A stretch of DNA of 64,000 bases from Eledone cirrhosa (GCA_964016885.1 OZ024741.1:257362001-257426000); one strand, 5' to 3'; counted from the first letter of the stretch, positions 1 to 13,100 are shown. Made by a program: numbers and translations. The notes: generated by a model from the letters alone, not told the origin.

Positions 1-933
1 TTTTGAATTACGAGTGTTTTGACTTACGGTGTTTCTGCTTACGAGTGTTTCGACTTACGAGTGTTATGACTTACGGGTGTTTTGACATACGAGTGTTTTC
101 GATACGAGTGTTTCGACTTACGAGTGTTTTGACTTACGAGTGTTTCGAGTTACGAGTGTTTCGACTTACGAATGTTTTTACTTACGAATGTTCTGACTTA
201 CGGGTGTTTCGGCTTACGAGTGTTTCGACTTACGAGTGTTTTAACTTACGGGTATTTCTACTTACGCGTGTTTCGACTTGCAAGTGTTTCGACTTACGAG
301 TGTTTCGACTACGAATGTTCCGACTTACGAGTGTTTCAACTTATGAGTGTTTCGACTTACGAGTGTTCTGACTTACGGGTGTTCCGACTTACGAGTGTTT
401 CGGCTTACGATTGTTTTGACTTACGATTGTATTGGCTTACGAATGTTTCGACTTACTTCGACTTACGAGTGATCTGACTTAGGAGTGTTCCTACTTACGA
501 GTGTTTCGACTTAGGAGTGTTTCGACTTGCGAGTGTTTCGACTTACGAGTGTTTCGGCTTACGAGTGTTTCGGTGTTTCGGCTCACGTGTGTTTCGACTT
601 ACGAGTGTTTCGACTTACGAGTGTTTCGGCTTATGAGTGTTTCGACTTACGAGTGCTTCGGCTTACGAGTGTTTCGACTTACGAGTGTTTCGGCTTACGA
701 GTGTTTCGACGTACGAATGTTTTGGCTTACGAGTGTTTCGGCTTATGAGTGTTTCGACTTACGAGTGTTTCGACTTACGAGTGTTTCGGCTTACGAGTGT
801 TTCGACTTACGAGTGTTTCGGCTTACGAGTGTTTCAGTGTTTCGGCTTACGTGTGTTTCGACTTACGAGTGTTTCGACTTACGAGTGTTTCGGCTTACGA
901 GTGTTTCGGCTTACGAGTGTTTCGGCTTATATA

Positions 934-1012
934 TAAACGTATCTATTTCCATCGTTTTATCGTAAACGTTTATATATTTCCATCGTTATATCATAACGTT
1001 TATATTTCCGTC
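934..1012. repeat. Degenerate ~30-bp minisatellite, ~2.5 copies, at the cassette left end (all copies)
   Basis: TAAACGT(a/t)TCTATTTCCATCGTTTTATCG / TAAACGTTTATATATTTCCATCGTTATATCA / TAACGTTTATATTTCCGTC. Confidence 0.8.
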
Positions 1013-1189
1013 ACTAATCTCTTTTTCTCCTTTTCCGATTTAACATATATTTATTTCAAAGATTTCACCGTATAGATAACATATATATTTATACATGCAT
1101 AAAAGACACACCGAGAGACGGTGAAAATGTGGTGCCAAAAACATTTCTCATCCAAATCTCAACAATATCAGTATATACACTAGATTTGC

Positions 1190-1224
1190 TAGCAGAAAAC
1201 CGCCCACCGGGTGGTTTTCTGCTA
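1190..1224. other. 35-bp inverted repeat/hairpin (present in all 17 cassettes at offset +260)
   Basis: TAGCAGAAAACCGCCC-acc-GGGTGGTTTTCTGCTA: 16-bp arms, 15/16 Watson-Crick pairs plus one G-T, 3-nt loop. Confidence 0.95.
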
Positions 1225-1240
1225 TTCTATATATATAAAA

Positions 1241-1347
1241 CTGAGGATGTCTGTCTGTGTGTGAGTTTGAATCCCTAAAACTCGAGAACCACCCAACCGA
1301 CTGTTTTCAAACTTTACACATGTAATACTTATGTTTCAGGGAGTGTT
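1241..1347 (+). repeat. Cassette core repeat A
   Basis: CTGAGGATGTCTG..GTGAGTTTGAATCCCTAAAA..CGAGAA..ACCCAACCGA..TTTTCAAACTTTACA..TACTTATGTTTCAGGGAGTGTT; diverged direct repeat of 1518-1634. Confidence 0.95.
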
Positions 1348-1517
1348 CTGAGCAAAAGATATTTCAAATTTTCAATGCCGTAAGGACCACATTAAGCGAT
1401 TTAGCGATCTCTCTCTATAATTCTTAGTCTTTCTCTTTTTAGATAGATACATACATATAACGTCGTGCCCTTATAATATCTGTCTGTATGTCTGGCTGTC
1501 TGCATTACGTCACTTCC

Positions 1518-1634
1518 CTGAGGATGTCTGTGTGTGTATGTGTGTCTGTGAGTTTGAATCCCTAAAATGCGAGAAGTACCCAACCGATTTTTTTCAAACT
1601 TTACATGTGTATTACTTATGTTTCAGGGAGTGTT
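1518..1634 (+). repeat. Cassette core repeat B, with a longer (GT)n tract
   Basis: Aligns end to end with 1241-1347. Confidence 0.95.
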
Positions 1635-4608
1635 TGTTATGCACATAAAATTCAACCTTTTGATCTGGTGTATTGAATTACGAGTGTTTCGATACGAGTG
1701 TTTCGACTTACGAGTGTTCTGACTTACGAGTGTTCTGACTTACGAGCGTTCTGACTTACGAGTGTTCCGACTTACGAGTGTTTCGGCTTACGAGTGTTTC
1801 GACTTACGAGTGTTCTGACTTACGAGTGTTTCGACTTACGAGCGTTCCGACTTACGAGTGTTTCGGCTTACGAGTGTTCCGACTTACGAGTGTTTCGACT
1901 AACGAGTGTTTCGGCTTACGAGTGTTTCGACTTACGAGTGTTCTGACTTACGAGTGTTCCGACTTACGAGCGTTCCGACTTACGAGTGTTTCGACTTACG
2001 AGTGTTAAGACTTACGGGTGTTTTGACATACGAGTGTTTCGATACGAGTGTTTCGACTTACGAGTGTTACGAGTGTTCTGACTTACGAGTGTTTCGACTT
2101 ACGAGTGTTCTGACCTACGAGTGTTCTGACTTACGAGTGTTTCGACTTACGAGTGTTTTGACTTACGGGTGTTTCGACTTACGAGTGTTTCGACTTACGA
2201 GTGTTTCGAGTTACGAGTGTTTCGACTTACGAGTGTTTTGACTTACGAATGTTCTGACTTACGGGTGTTTCGGCTTACGAGTGTTTCGACTTACGAGTGT
2301 TTTAACTTACGGGTGTTTCGACTTACACGTGTTTCGACTTGCGAGTGTTTCGACTTACGAGTATTTCGACTTACGAGTGTTTCGACTTACGAGTGTTCTG
2401 ACTTACGGGTGTTCCGACTTACGAGTGTTTCGGCTTACGATTATTTTGACTTACGATTGTTTGGCTTACGAATGTTTCGACTTACGAGTGTTTCGACTTA
2501 CGAGTGTTTTGACTTACGGTGTTTCGGCTTACGAGTGTTTCGACTTACGAGTGTTTTGACTTACGGGTGTTTTGACATACGAGTGTTTCGATACGAGTGT
2601 TCTGACTTACGAGTGTTTTGACTTACGGGTGTTCTGACTTACGAGTGTTCCGACTTACGAGTGTTTCGGCTTATGAGGGTTTCGATTTACGAGTGCTTCG
2701 GCTTACGAGTGTTTCGACTTACGAGTGTTTCGGCTTACGAGTGTTTCGACTTACGAATGTTTTGACTTACGAGTGTTTCGGCTACGAGTGTTTCGACTTA
2801 CGAGTGTTTCGACTTACGAGTTTTGACTTACGGTGTTTCGGCTTACGAGTGTTTCGACATACGAGTGTTTTGACGTACGGGTGTTTCGACTTACGGGTGT
2901 TTCGACTTAAGAGTGTTTCGACTTACGAGCGCTTCGACTTACGAGTGTTTCGACTTACGAGTGTTTCGGCGTATGAGTGTTTTGACTTACGAGTGTTTCG
3001 ACTTACGAGTGTTTCGACTTACGAGTGTTTCGACTTACGAGTGTTTCGACTTACGAGTGTTCTGACCTACGAGTGTTCTGACTTACGAGTGTTTCGACTT
3101 ACGAGTGTCTTGACTTACGGGTGTTTCGACTTACGAGTGTTTCGAGTTACGAGTGTTTCGAGTTACGAGTGTTTCGACTTACGAGTGTTTTTACTTACGA
3201 ATGTTCTGACTTACGAGTGTTCCTACTTACGAGTGTTTCGACTTACGAGTGTTTCGACTTGCGAGTGTTTCGGCTTACGAGTGTTTCGGTGTTTCGGCTT
3301 ACGTGTGTTTCGACTTACGAGTGTTTCGACTTACGAGTGTTTCGGCTTATGAGTGTTTCCACTTACGAGTGCTTCGGCTTACGAGTGTTTCGACTTACGA
3401 GTATTTCGGCTTACGAGTGTTTCGACGTACGAATGTTTTGGCTTACGAGTGTTTCGGCTTATGAGTGTTTCGACTTACGAGTCTTTCGACTTACGAGTGT
3501 TTCGGCTTACGAGTGTTACGAGTGTTCTGACTTACGAGTGTTTCGACTTACGAGTGTTCTGACCTACGAGCGTTCTGACTTACGAGTGTTTCGACTTACG
3601 AGTGTTTTGACTTACGGGTGTTTCGACTCACGAGTGTTTCGAGTTACGAGTGTTTCGAGTTACGAGTGTTTCGACTTACGAGTGTTCTGACTTACGAGTG
3701 TTCCGACTTACGAGCGTTCCGACTTACGAGTGTTTCGACTTACGAGTGTTAAGACTTAATGGTGTTTTGACATACGAGTGTTTCGATACGAGTGTTTCGA
3801 CTTACGAGTGTTACGAGTGTTCTGACTTACGAGTGTTTCGACTTACGAGTGTTTTGACTTACGGGTGTTTCGACTTACGAGTGTTTCGACTTACGAGTGT
3901 TTCGAGTTACGAGTGTTTCGACTTACGAGTGTTTTGACTTGCGAATGTTCCGACTTACGGGTGTTTCGGCTTACGAGTGTTTCGAGTTACGAGTGTTTTA
4001 ACTTACGGGTGTTTCGACTTACACGTGTTTCGACTTGCGAGTGTTTCGACGTACGAGTGTTTCGACTACGAATGTTCCGACTTACGATTGTTTCGACTTA
4101 CGAGTGTTTCGACTTACGAGTAATCTGACTTACGGGTGTTCCGACTTACGAGTGTTTCGGCTTACGATTGTTTTGACTTACGATTGTTTGGCTTACGAAT
4201 GTTTCGACTAACGAGTGTTTCGACTTACGAGTGTTTTGACTTACGGTGTTTCGGCTTACGAGTGTTTCGACTTACGAGTGTTTTGACTTACGGGTGTTTT
4301 GACATACGAGTGTTTCGATACGAGTGTTCTGACTTACGAGTGTTCTGACTTACGAGTGTTCTGACTTACGGGTGTTCTGACTTACGAGTGTTCCGACTTA
4401 CGAGTGTTTCGGCTTATGAGGGTTTCGACTTACGAGTGCTTCGGCTTACGAGTGTTTCGACTTACGAGTGTTTCGGCTTACGAGTGTTTCGACTTACGAA
4501 TGTTTTGGCTTACGAGTGTTTCGGCTTACGAGTGTTTCGACTTACGAGTGTTTCGACTTACGAGTGTTTCGGCTTACGAGTGTTTCGGCTTACGAGTGTT
4601 TCGGCTTA

Positions 4609-5345
4609 TATATAAACGTTTCTATTTCCATCGTTTTATCGTAAACGTTTATATATTTCCATCGTTATATCATAACGTTTATATTTCCGTCACTAATCTC
4701 TTTTTCTCCTTTTCCGATTTAACATATATTTATTTCAAAGATTTCACCGTATAGATAACATATATATTTATACATGCATAAAAGACACACCGAGAGACGG
4801 TGAAAATGTGGTGCCAAAAACATTTCTCATCCAAATCTCAACAATATCAGTATATACACTAGATTTGCTAGCAGAAAACCGCCCACCGGGTGGTTTTCTG
4901 CTATTCTATATATATAAAACTGAGGATGTCTGTCTGTGTGTGAGTTTGAATCCCTAAAACTCGAGAACCACCCAACCGACTGTTTTCAAACTTTACACAT
5001 GTAATACTTATGTTTCAGGGAGTGTTCTGAGCAAAAGATATTTCAAATTTTCAATGACCTAAGGACCACATTAAGCGATTTAGCGATCTCTCTCTATAAT
5101 TCTTAGTCTTTCTCTTTTTAGATAGATACATACATATAACGTCGTGCCCTTATAATATCTGTCTGTATGTCTGGCTGTCTGCATTACGTCACTTCCCTGA
5201 GGATGTCTGTGTGTGTATGTGTGTCTGTGAGTTTGAATCCCTAAAATGCGAGAAGTACCCAACCGATTTTTTTCAAACTTTACATGTGTATTACTTATGT
5301 TTCAGGGAGTGTTTGTTATGCACATAAAATTCAACCTTTTGATCT
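4609..5345 (+). mobile_element. Cassette copy 2
   Basis: Near-identical to 930-1666. Confidence 0.6.
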
Positions 5346-8300
5346 GGTGTTTTGAATTACGAGTGTTTCGATACGAGTGTTTCGACTTACGAGTGTTCTG
5401 ACTTACGAGTGTTCTGACTTACAAGCGTTCTGACTTACGAGTGTTCCGACTTACGAGTGTTTCGGCTTACGAGTGTTTCGACTTACGAGTGTTCTGACTT
5501 ACGAGTGTTTCGACTTACGAGCGTTCCGACTTAGGAGTGTTTCGGCTTACGAGTGTTCCGACTTACGAGTGTTTCGACTAACGAGTGTTTCGGCTTACGA
5601 GTGTTTCGACTTACGAGTGTTCTGACTTACGAGTGTTCCGACTTACGAGCGTTCCGACTTACGAGTGTTTCGACTTACGAGTGTTAAGACTTACGTGTGT
5701 TTTGACATACGAGTGTTTCGATACGAGTGTTTCGACTTACGAGTGTTACGAGTGTTCTGACTTACGAGTGTTTCGACTTACGAGTGTTCTGACCTACGAG
5801 TGTTCTGACTTACGAGTGTTTCGACTTGCGAGTGTTTTGACTTACGGGTGTTTCGACTTACGAGTGTTTCGACTTACGAGTGTTTCGAGTTACGAGTGTT
5901 TCGACTTACGAGTGTTTTGACTTACGGGTGTTTCGACTTACACGTATTTCGACTTGCGAGTGTTTCGACTTACGAGTATTTCGACTTACGAGTGTTTCGA
6001 CTTACGAGTGTTCTGACTTACGGGTGTTCCGACTTACGAGTGTTTCGGCTTACGATTATTTTGACTTACGATTGTTTGGCTTACGAATGTTTCGACTTAC
6101 GAGTGTTTCGACTTACGAGTGTTTTGACTTACGGTGTTTCGGCTTACGAGTGTTTCGACTTACGAGTGTTTTGACTTAAGGGTGTTTTGACATACGAGTG
6201 TTTCGATACGAGTGTTCTGACTTACGAGTGTTCTGACTTACGAGTGTTCTGACTTACGGGTGTTCTGACTTACGAGTGTTCCGACTTACGAGTGTTTCGG
6301 CTTATGAGGGTTTCGATTTACGAGTGCTTCGGCTTACGAGTGTTTCGACTTACGAGTGTTTCGGCTTACGAGTGTTTCGACTTACGAATGTTTTGACTTA
6401 CGAGTGTTTCGGCTTACGAGTGTTTCGACTTACGAGTGTTTCGACTTACGAGAGTTTTGACTTACGGTGTTTCGGCTTACGAGTGTTTCGACATACGAGT
6501 GTTTTGACGTACGGGTGTTTCGACTTACGGGTGTTTCGACTTAAGAGTGGTTCGACTTACGAGCGCTTCGACTTACGAGTGTTTCGACTTACGAGTGTTT
6601 CGGCGTATGAGTGTTTTGACTTACGAGTGTTTCGACTTACGAGTGTTTCGACTTACGAGTGTTTCGACTTACGAGTGTTTCGACTTACGAGTGTTCTGAC
6701 CTACGAGTGTTCTGACTTACGAGTGTTTCGACTTACGAGTGTTTTGACTTACGGGTGTTTCGACTTACGAGTGTTTCGAGTTACGAGTGTTTCGAGTTAC
6801 GAGTGTTTCGACTTACGAGTGTTTTTACTTACGAATGTTCTGACCTACGAGTGTTCTGACTTACGAGTGTTTCGACTTACGAGTGTTCTGACCTACGAGT
6901 GTTCTGACTTACGAGTGTTTCGACTTACGAGTGTTTTGACTTACGGGTGTTTCGACTTACGAGTGTTTCGAGTTACGAGTGTTTCGACTTGCGAGTGTTT
7001 CGGCTTACGAGTGTTTCGGTGTTTCGGCTTACGTGTGTTTCGACTTACGAGTGTTTCGACTTACGAGTGTTTCGGCTTATGAGTGTTTCGACTTACGAGT
7101 GCTTCGGCTTACGAGTGTTTCGACTTACGAGTATTTCGGCTTACGAGTGTTTCGACGTACGAATGTTTTGGCTTACGAGTGTTTCGGCTTATGAGTGTTT
7201 CGACTTACGAGTGTTTCGACTTACGAGTGTTTCGGCTTACGAGTGTTTCGACTTACGAATGTTCTGACCTACGAGCGTTCTGACTTACGAGTGTTTCGAC
7301 TTACGAGTGTTTTGACTTACGAGTGTTTCGACTTACGAGTGTTTCGAGTTACGAGTGTTTCGAGTTACGAGTGTTTCGACTTACGAGTGTTCTGACTTAC
7401 GAGTGTTCCGACTTACGAGCGTTCCGACTTACGAGTGTTTCGACTTACGAGTGTTAAGACTTACGGGTGTTTTGACATACGAGTGTTTCGATACGAGTGT
7501 TTCGACTTACGAGTGTTACGAGTGTTCTGACTTACGAGTGTTTCGACTTACGAGTGTTCTGACCTACGAGTGTTCTGACTTACGAGTGTTTCGACTTACG
7601 AGTGTTTTGACTTACGGGTGTTTCGACTTACGAGTGTTTCGACTTACGAGTGTTTCGAGTTACGAGTGTTTCGACTTACGAGTGTTTTGACTTACGAATG
7701 TTCCGACTTACGGGTGTTTCGGCTTACGAGTGTTTCGACTTACGAGTGTTTTAACTTACGGGTGTTTCGACTTACAAGTGTTTCGAGTTACGAGTGTTTC
7801 GACGTACGAGTGTTTCGACTACGAATGTTCCGACTTACGATTGTTTCGACTTACGAGTGTTTCGACTTACGAGTAATCTGACTTACGGGTGTTCCGACTT
7901 ACGAGTGTTTCGGCTTACGATTGTTTTGACTTACGATTGTTTGGCTTACGAATGTTTCGACTTACGAGTGTTTCGACTTACGAGTGTTTTGACTTACGGT
8001 GTTTCGGCTTACGAGTGTTTCGACTTACGAGTGTTTTGACTTACGGGTGTTTTGACTTACGAGTGTTCTGACTTACGGGTGTTCTGACTTACGAGTGTTC
8101 CGACTTACGAGTGTTTCGGCTTATGAGGGTTTCGACTTACGAGTGCTTCGGCTTACGAGTGTTTCGACTTACGAGTGTTTCGGCTTACGAGTGTTTCGAC
8201 TTACGAATGTTTTGGCTTACGAGTGTTTCGGCTTACGAGTGTTTCGACTTACGAGTGTTTCGACTTATGGTGTTTCGGCTTACGAGTGTTTCGACATACG

Positions 8301-9361
8301 AGTGTTTTGACGTACGGGTGTTTCGACCTACGGGTCTTTCGACTTACGAGTGTTTCGACTTACGAGTGTTTCGGCGTACGAGTGTTTCGACTTACGAGTG
8401 TTTCGACTTACGAGTGTTTCGACTTACGAGTGTTTTGAATTACGAGTGTTTTGACTTACGGTGTTTCTGCTTACGAGTGTTTCGACTTACGAGTGTTATG
8501 ACTTACGGGTGTTTTGACATACGAGTGTTTTCGATACGAGTGTTTCGACTTACGAGTGTTTTGACTTACGAGTGTTTCGAGTTACGAGTGTTTCGACTTA
8601 CGAATGTTTTTACTTACGAATGTTCTGACTTACGGGTGTTTCGGCTTACGAGTGTTTCGACTTACGAGTGTTTTAACTTACGGGTGTATCTACTTACGCG
8701 TGTTTCGACTTGCAAGTGTTTCGACTTACGAGTGTTTCGACTACGAATGTTCCGACTTACGAGTGTTTCGACTTATGAGTGTTTCGACGTACGAGTGTTC
8801 TGACTTACGGGTGTTCCGACTTACGAGTGTTTCGGCTTACGATTGTTTTGACTTACGATTGTATTGGCTTACGAATGTTTCGACTTACTTCGACTTACGA
8901 GTGATCTGACTTACGAGTGTTCCTACTTACGAGTGTTTCGACTTAGGAGTGTTTCGACTTGCGAGTGTTTCGACTTACGAGTGTTTCGGCTTACGAGTGT
9001 TTCGGTGTTTCGGCTCACGTGTGTTTCGACTTACGAGTGTTTCGACTTACGAGTGTTTCGGCTTATGAGTGTTTCGACTTACGAGTGCTTCGGCTTACGA
9101 GTGTTTCGACTTACGAGTGTTTCGGCTTACGAGTGTTTCGACGTACGAATGTTTTGGCTTACGAGTGTTTCGGCTTATGAGTGTTTCGACTTACGAGTGT
9201 TTCGACTTACGAGTGTTTCGGCTTACGAGTGTTTCGACTTACGAGTGTTTCGGCTTACGAGTGTTTCAGTGTTTCGGCTTACGTGTTTTTTGACTTACGA
9301 GTGTTTCGACTTACGAGTGTTTCGGCTTACGAGTGTTTCGGCTTACGAGTGTTTCGGCTTA

Positions 9362-10100
9362 TATATAAACGTTTCTATTTCCATCGTTTTATCGTAAACG
9401 TTTATATATTTCCATCGTTATATCATAACGTTTATATTTCCGTCACTAATCTCTTTTTCTCCTTTTCCGTTTTAACATATATTTATTTCAAAGATTTCAC
9501 CGTATAGATAACATATATATTTATACATGCATAAAAGACACACCGAGAGACGGTGAAAATGTGGTGCCAAAAACATTTCTCATCCAAATCTCAACAATAT
9601 CAGTATATACACTAGATTTGCTAGCAGAAAACCGCCCACCGGGTGGTTTTCTGCTATTCTATATATATAAAACTGAGGATGTCTGTCTGTGTGTGAGTTT
9701 GAATCCCTAAAACTCGAGAACCACCCAACCGACTGTTTTCAAACTTTACACATGTAATACTTATGTTTCAGGGAGTGTTCTGAGCAAAAAATATTTCAAA
9801 TTTTCAATGCCGTAGGGACAACATTAGGCGATTTAGCGATCTCTCTCTATAATTCTTAGTCTTTCTCTTTTTAGATAGATACATACATATAACGTCGTGC
9901 CCTTATAATATCTGTCTGTATGTCTGGCTGTCTGCATTACGTCACTTCCCTGAGGATGTCTGTGTGTGTGTGTGTGTGTCTGTGAGTTTGAATCCCTAAA
10001 ATGCGAGAAGTACCCAACCGATTTTTTTCAAACTTTACATGTGTATTACTTATGTTTCAGGGAGTGTTTGTTATGCACATAAAATTCAACCTTTTGATCT
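9362..10100 (+). mobile_element. Cassette copy 3
   Basis: Near-identical; GT tract is 2 bp longer; GGACAACATTAGG allele. Confidence 0.6.
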
Positions 10101-13100
10101 GGTGTTTTGAATTACGAGTGTTTCGATACGAGTGTTTCGACTTACGAGTGTTCTGACTTACGAGTGTTCTGACTTACGAGCGTTCTGACTTACGAGTGTT
10201 CCGACTTACGAGTGTTTCGGCTTACGAGTGTTTCGACTTACGAGTGTTCTGACTTACGAGTGTTTCGACTTACGAGCGTTCCGACTTACGAGTGTTTCGG
10301 CTTACGAATGTTCCGACTTACGAGTGTTTCGACTAACGAGTGTTTCGGCTTACGAGTGTTTCGACTTACGAGTGTTCTGACTTACGAGTGTTCCGACTTA
10401 CGAGCGTTCCGACTTACGAGTGTTTCGACTTACGAGTGTTAAGACTTACGGGTGTTTTGACATACGAGTGTTTCGATACGAGTGTTTCGACTTACGAGTG
10501 TTACGAGTGTTCTGACTTACGAGTGTTTCGACTTACGAGTGTTTTGACTTACGGGTGTTTCGACTTACGAGTGTTTCGACTTACGAGTGTTTCGAGTTAC
10601 GAGTGTTTCGACTTACGAGTGTTTTGACTTACGAATGTTCTGACTTACGGGTGTTTCGGCTTACGAGTGTTTCGACTTACGAGTGTTTTAACTTACGGGT
10701 GTTTCGACTTACACGTGTTTCGACTTGCGAGTGTTTCGACTTACGAGTATTTCGACTTACGATTGTTTCGACTTACGAGTGTTCTGACTTACGGGTGTTC
10801 CGACTTACGAGTGTTTCGGCTTACGATTATTTTGACTTACGATTGTTTGGCTTACGAATGTTTCGACTTACGAGTGTTTCGACTTACGAGTGTTTTGACT
10901 TACGGTGTTTCGGCTTACGAGTGTTTCGACTTACGAGTGTTTTGACTTACGGGTGTTTTGACATATGAGTGTTTCGATACGAGTGTTCTGACTTACGAGT
11001 GTTCTGACTTACGAGTGTTCTGACTTACGGGTGTTCTGACTTACGAGTGTTCCGACTTACGAGTGTTTCGGCTTATGAGGGTTTCGATTTACGAGTGCTT
11101 CGGCTTACGAGTGTTTCGACTTACGAGTGTTTCGGCTTACGAGTGTTTCGACTTACGAATGTTTTGACTTACGAGTGTTTCGGCTTACGAATGTTTCGAC
11201 TTACGAGTGTTTCGACTTACGAGAGTTTTGACTTACGGTGTTTCGGCATACGAGTGTTTCGACATACGAGTGTTTTGACGTACGGGTGTTTCGACTTACG
11301 GGTGTTTCGACTTAAGAGTGTTTCGACTTACGAGCGCTTCGACTTACGAGTGTTTCGACTTACGAGTGTTTCGGCGTATGAGTGTTTTGACTTACGAGTG
11401 TTTCGACTTACGAGTGTTTCGACTTACGAGTGTTTCGACTCACGAGTGTTTCGACTTACGAGTGTTCTGACCTACGAGTGTTCTGACTTACGAGTGTTTC
11501 GACTTACGAGTGTTTTGACTTACGGGTGTTTCGACTTACGAGTGTTTCGACTTACGAGTGTTTCGACTTACGAGTGTTTCGGCTTATGAGTGTTTCGACT
11601 TACGAGTGCTTCGGCTTACGAGTGTTTCGACTTACGAGTATTTCGGCTTACGAGTGTTTCGACGTACGAATGTTTTGGCTTACGAGTGTTTCGGCTTATG
11701 AGTGTTTCGACTTACGAGTGTTTCGACTTACGAGTGTTTCGGCTTACGAGTGTTACGAGTGTTCTGACTTACGAGTGTTTCGACTTACGAGTGTTTTGAC
11801 TTACGGGTGTTTCGACTTACGAGTGTTTCGAGTTACGAGTGTTTCGAGTTACGAGTGTTTCGACTTACGAGTGTTCTGACTTACGAGTGTTCCGACTTAC
11901 GAGCGTTCCGACTTACGAGTGTTTCGACTTACGAGTGTTAAGACTTACGGGTGTTTTGACATACGAGTGTTTCGATACGAGTGTTTCGACTTACGAGTGT
12001 TACGAGTGTTCTGACTTACGAGTGTTTCGACTTACGAGTGTTCTGACCTACGAGTGTTCTGACTTACGAGTGTTTCGACTTACGAGTGTTTTGACTTACG
12101 AATGTTCCGACTTACGGGTGTTTCGGCTTACGAGTGTTTCGACTTACGAGTGTTTTAACTTACGGGTGTTTCGACTTACACGTGTTTCGACTTGCGAGTG
12201 TTTCGACGTACGAGTGTTTCGACTACGAATGTTCCGACTTACGATTGTTTCGACTTACGAGTGTTTCGACTTACGAGTAATCTGACTTACGGGTGTTCCG
12301 ACTTACGAGTGTTTCGGCTTACGATTGTTTTGACTTACGATTGTTTGGCTTACGAATGTTTCGACTTACGAGTGTTTCGACTTACGAGTGTTTTGACTTA
12401 CGGTGTTTCGGCTTACGAGTGTTTCGACTTACGAGTGTTTTGACTTACGGGTGTTTTGACATACGAGTGTTTCGATACGAGTGTTCTGACTTACGAGTGT
12501 TCTGACTTACGAGTGTTCTGACTTACGGGTGTTCTGACTTACGAGTGTTCCGACTTACGAGTGTTTCGGCTTATGAGGGTTTCGACTTACGAGTGCTTCG
12601 GCTTACGAGTGTTTCGACTTACGAGTGTTTCGGCTTACGAGTGTTTCGACATACGAATGTTTTGGCTTACGAGTGTTTCAGCTTACGAGTGTTTCGACTT
12701 ACGAGTGTTTCGACTTATGGTGTTTCGGCTTACGAGTATTTCGACATACGAGTGTTTTGACGTACGGGTGTTTCGACCTACGGGTCTTTCGACTTACGAG
12801 TGTTTCGACTTACGAGTGTTTCGGCGTACGAGTGTTTCGACTTACGAGTGTTTCGACTTACTAGTGTTTCGACTTACGAGTGTTTCGACTTACGAATGTT
12901 TTGAATTACGAGTGTTTTGACTTACGGTGTTTCTGCTTACGAGTGTTTCGACTTACGAGTGTTATGACTTACGGGTGTTTTGACATACGAGTGTTTTCGA
13001 TACGAGTGTTTCGACTTACGAGTGTTTTAACTTACGATTGTTTCGAGTTACGAGTGTTTCGACTTACGAATGTTTTTACTTACGAATGTTCTGACTTACG

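Larger units (their letters stand above)
930..1666 (+). mobile_element. ~737-bp cassette copy 1 (putative Helitron-like 3' end/5' end junction)
   Basis: Non-satellite block starting TATATAAACG and ending CCTTTTGATCT. Contains a hairpin (1190-1224), TCTATATATATAAAA (1226-1240) and a duplicated core. The repeat itself is certain; the Helitron identity is inferred from structure. Confidence 0.6.
1226..4904 (+). mobile_element. One complete putative non-autonomous Helitron-like unit: 5' TC, duplicated core, ~2.9 kb 16-bp array, hairpin-CTAT 3'
   Basis: Begins TCTATATATATAAAA, followed by GTCT/GT microsatellite. Ends in a GC-rich stem-loop followed by CTAT (canonical Helitron end is CTRR), and the next unit starts immediately. 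No RepHel coding sequence. Confidence 0.5.

Noticed and set aside
1063-1126. Short inverted repeats TTTCACCGT/ACGGTGAAA and CACCG-agaga-CGGTG
   Set aside because: Only 5-9 bp. They could be Helentron-like subterminal inverted repeats but cannot be distinguished from chance.
1190-1240. Bacterial rho-independent terminator or structured RNA gene
   Set aside because: There is no upstream gene and no U-tract after the full stem. I recognise no tRNA, 5S, snRNA or spliced-leader motifs, and the context is eukaryotic satellite.
1401-1583. Recurring 60-aa minus-strand ORF MGTSRILG...
   Set aside because: It starts at TTG, spans a (CA)n microsatellite, is broken or shortened in copies 3, 4, 5 and 10, and has no recognisable domain.
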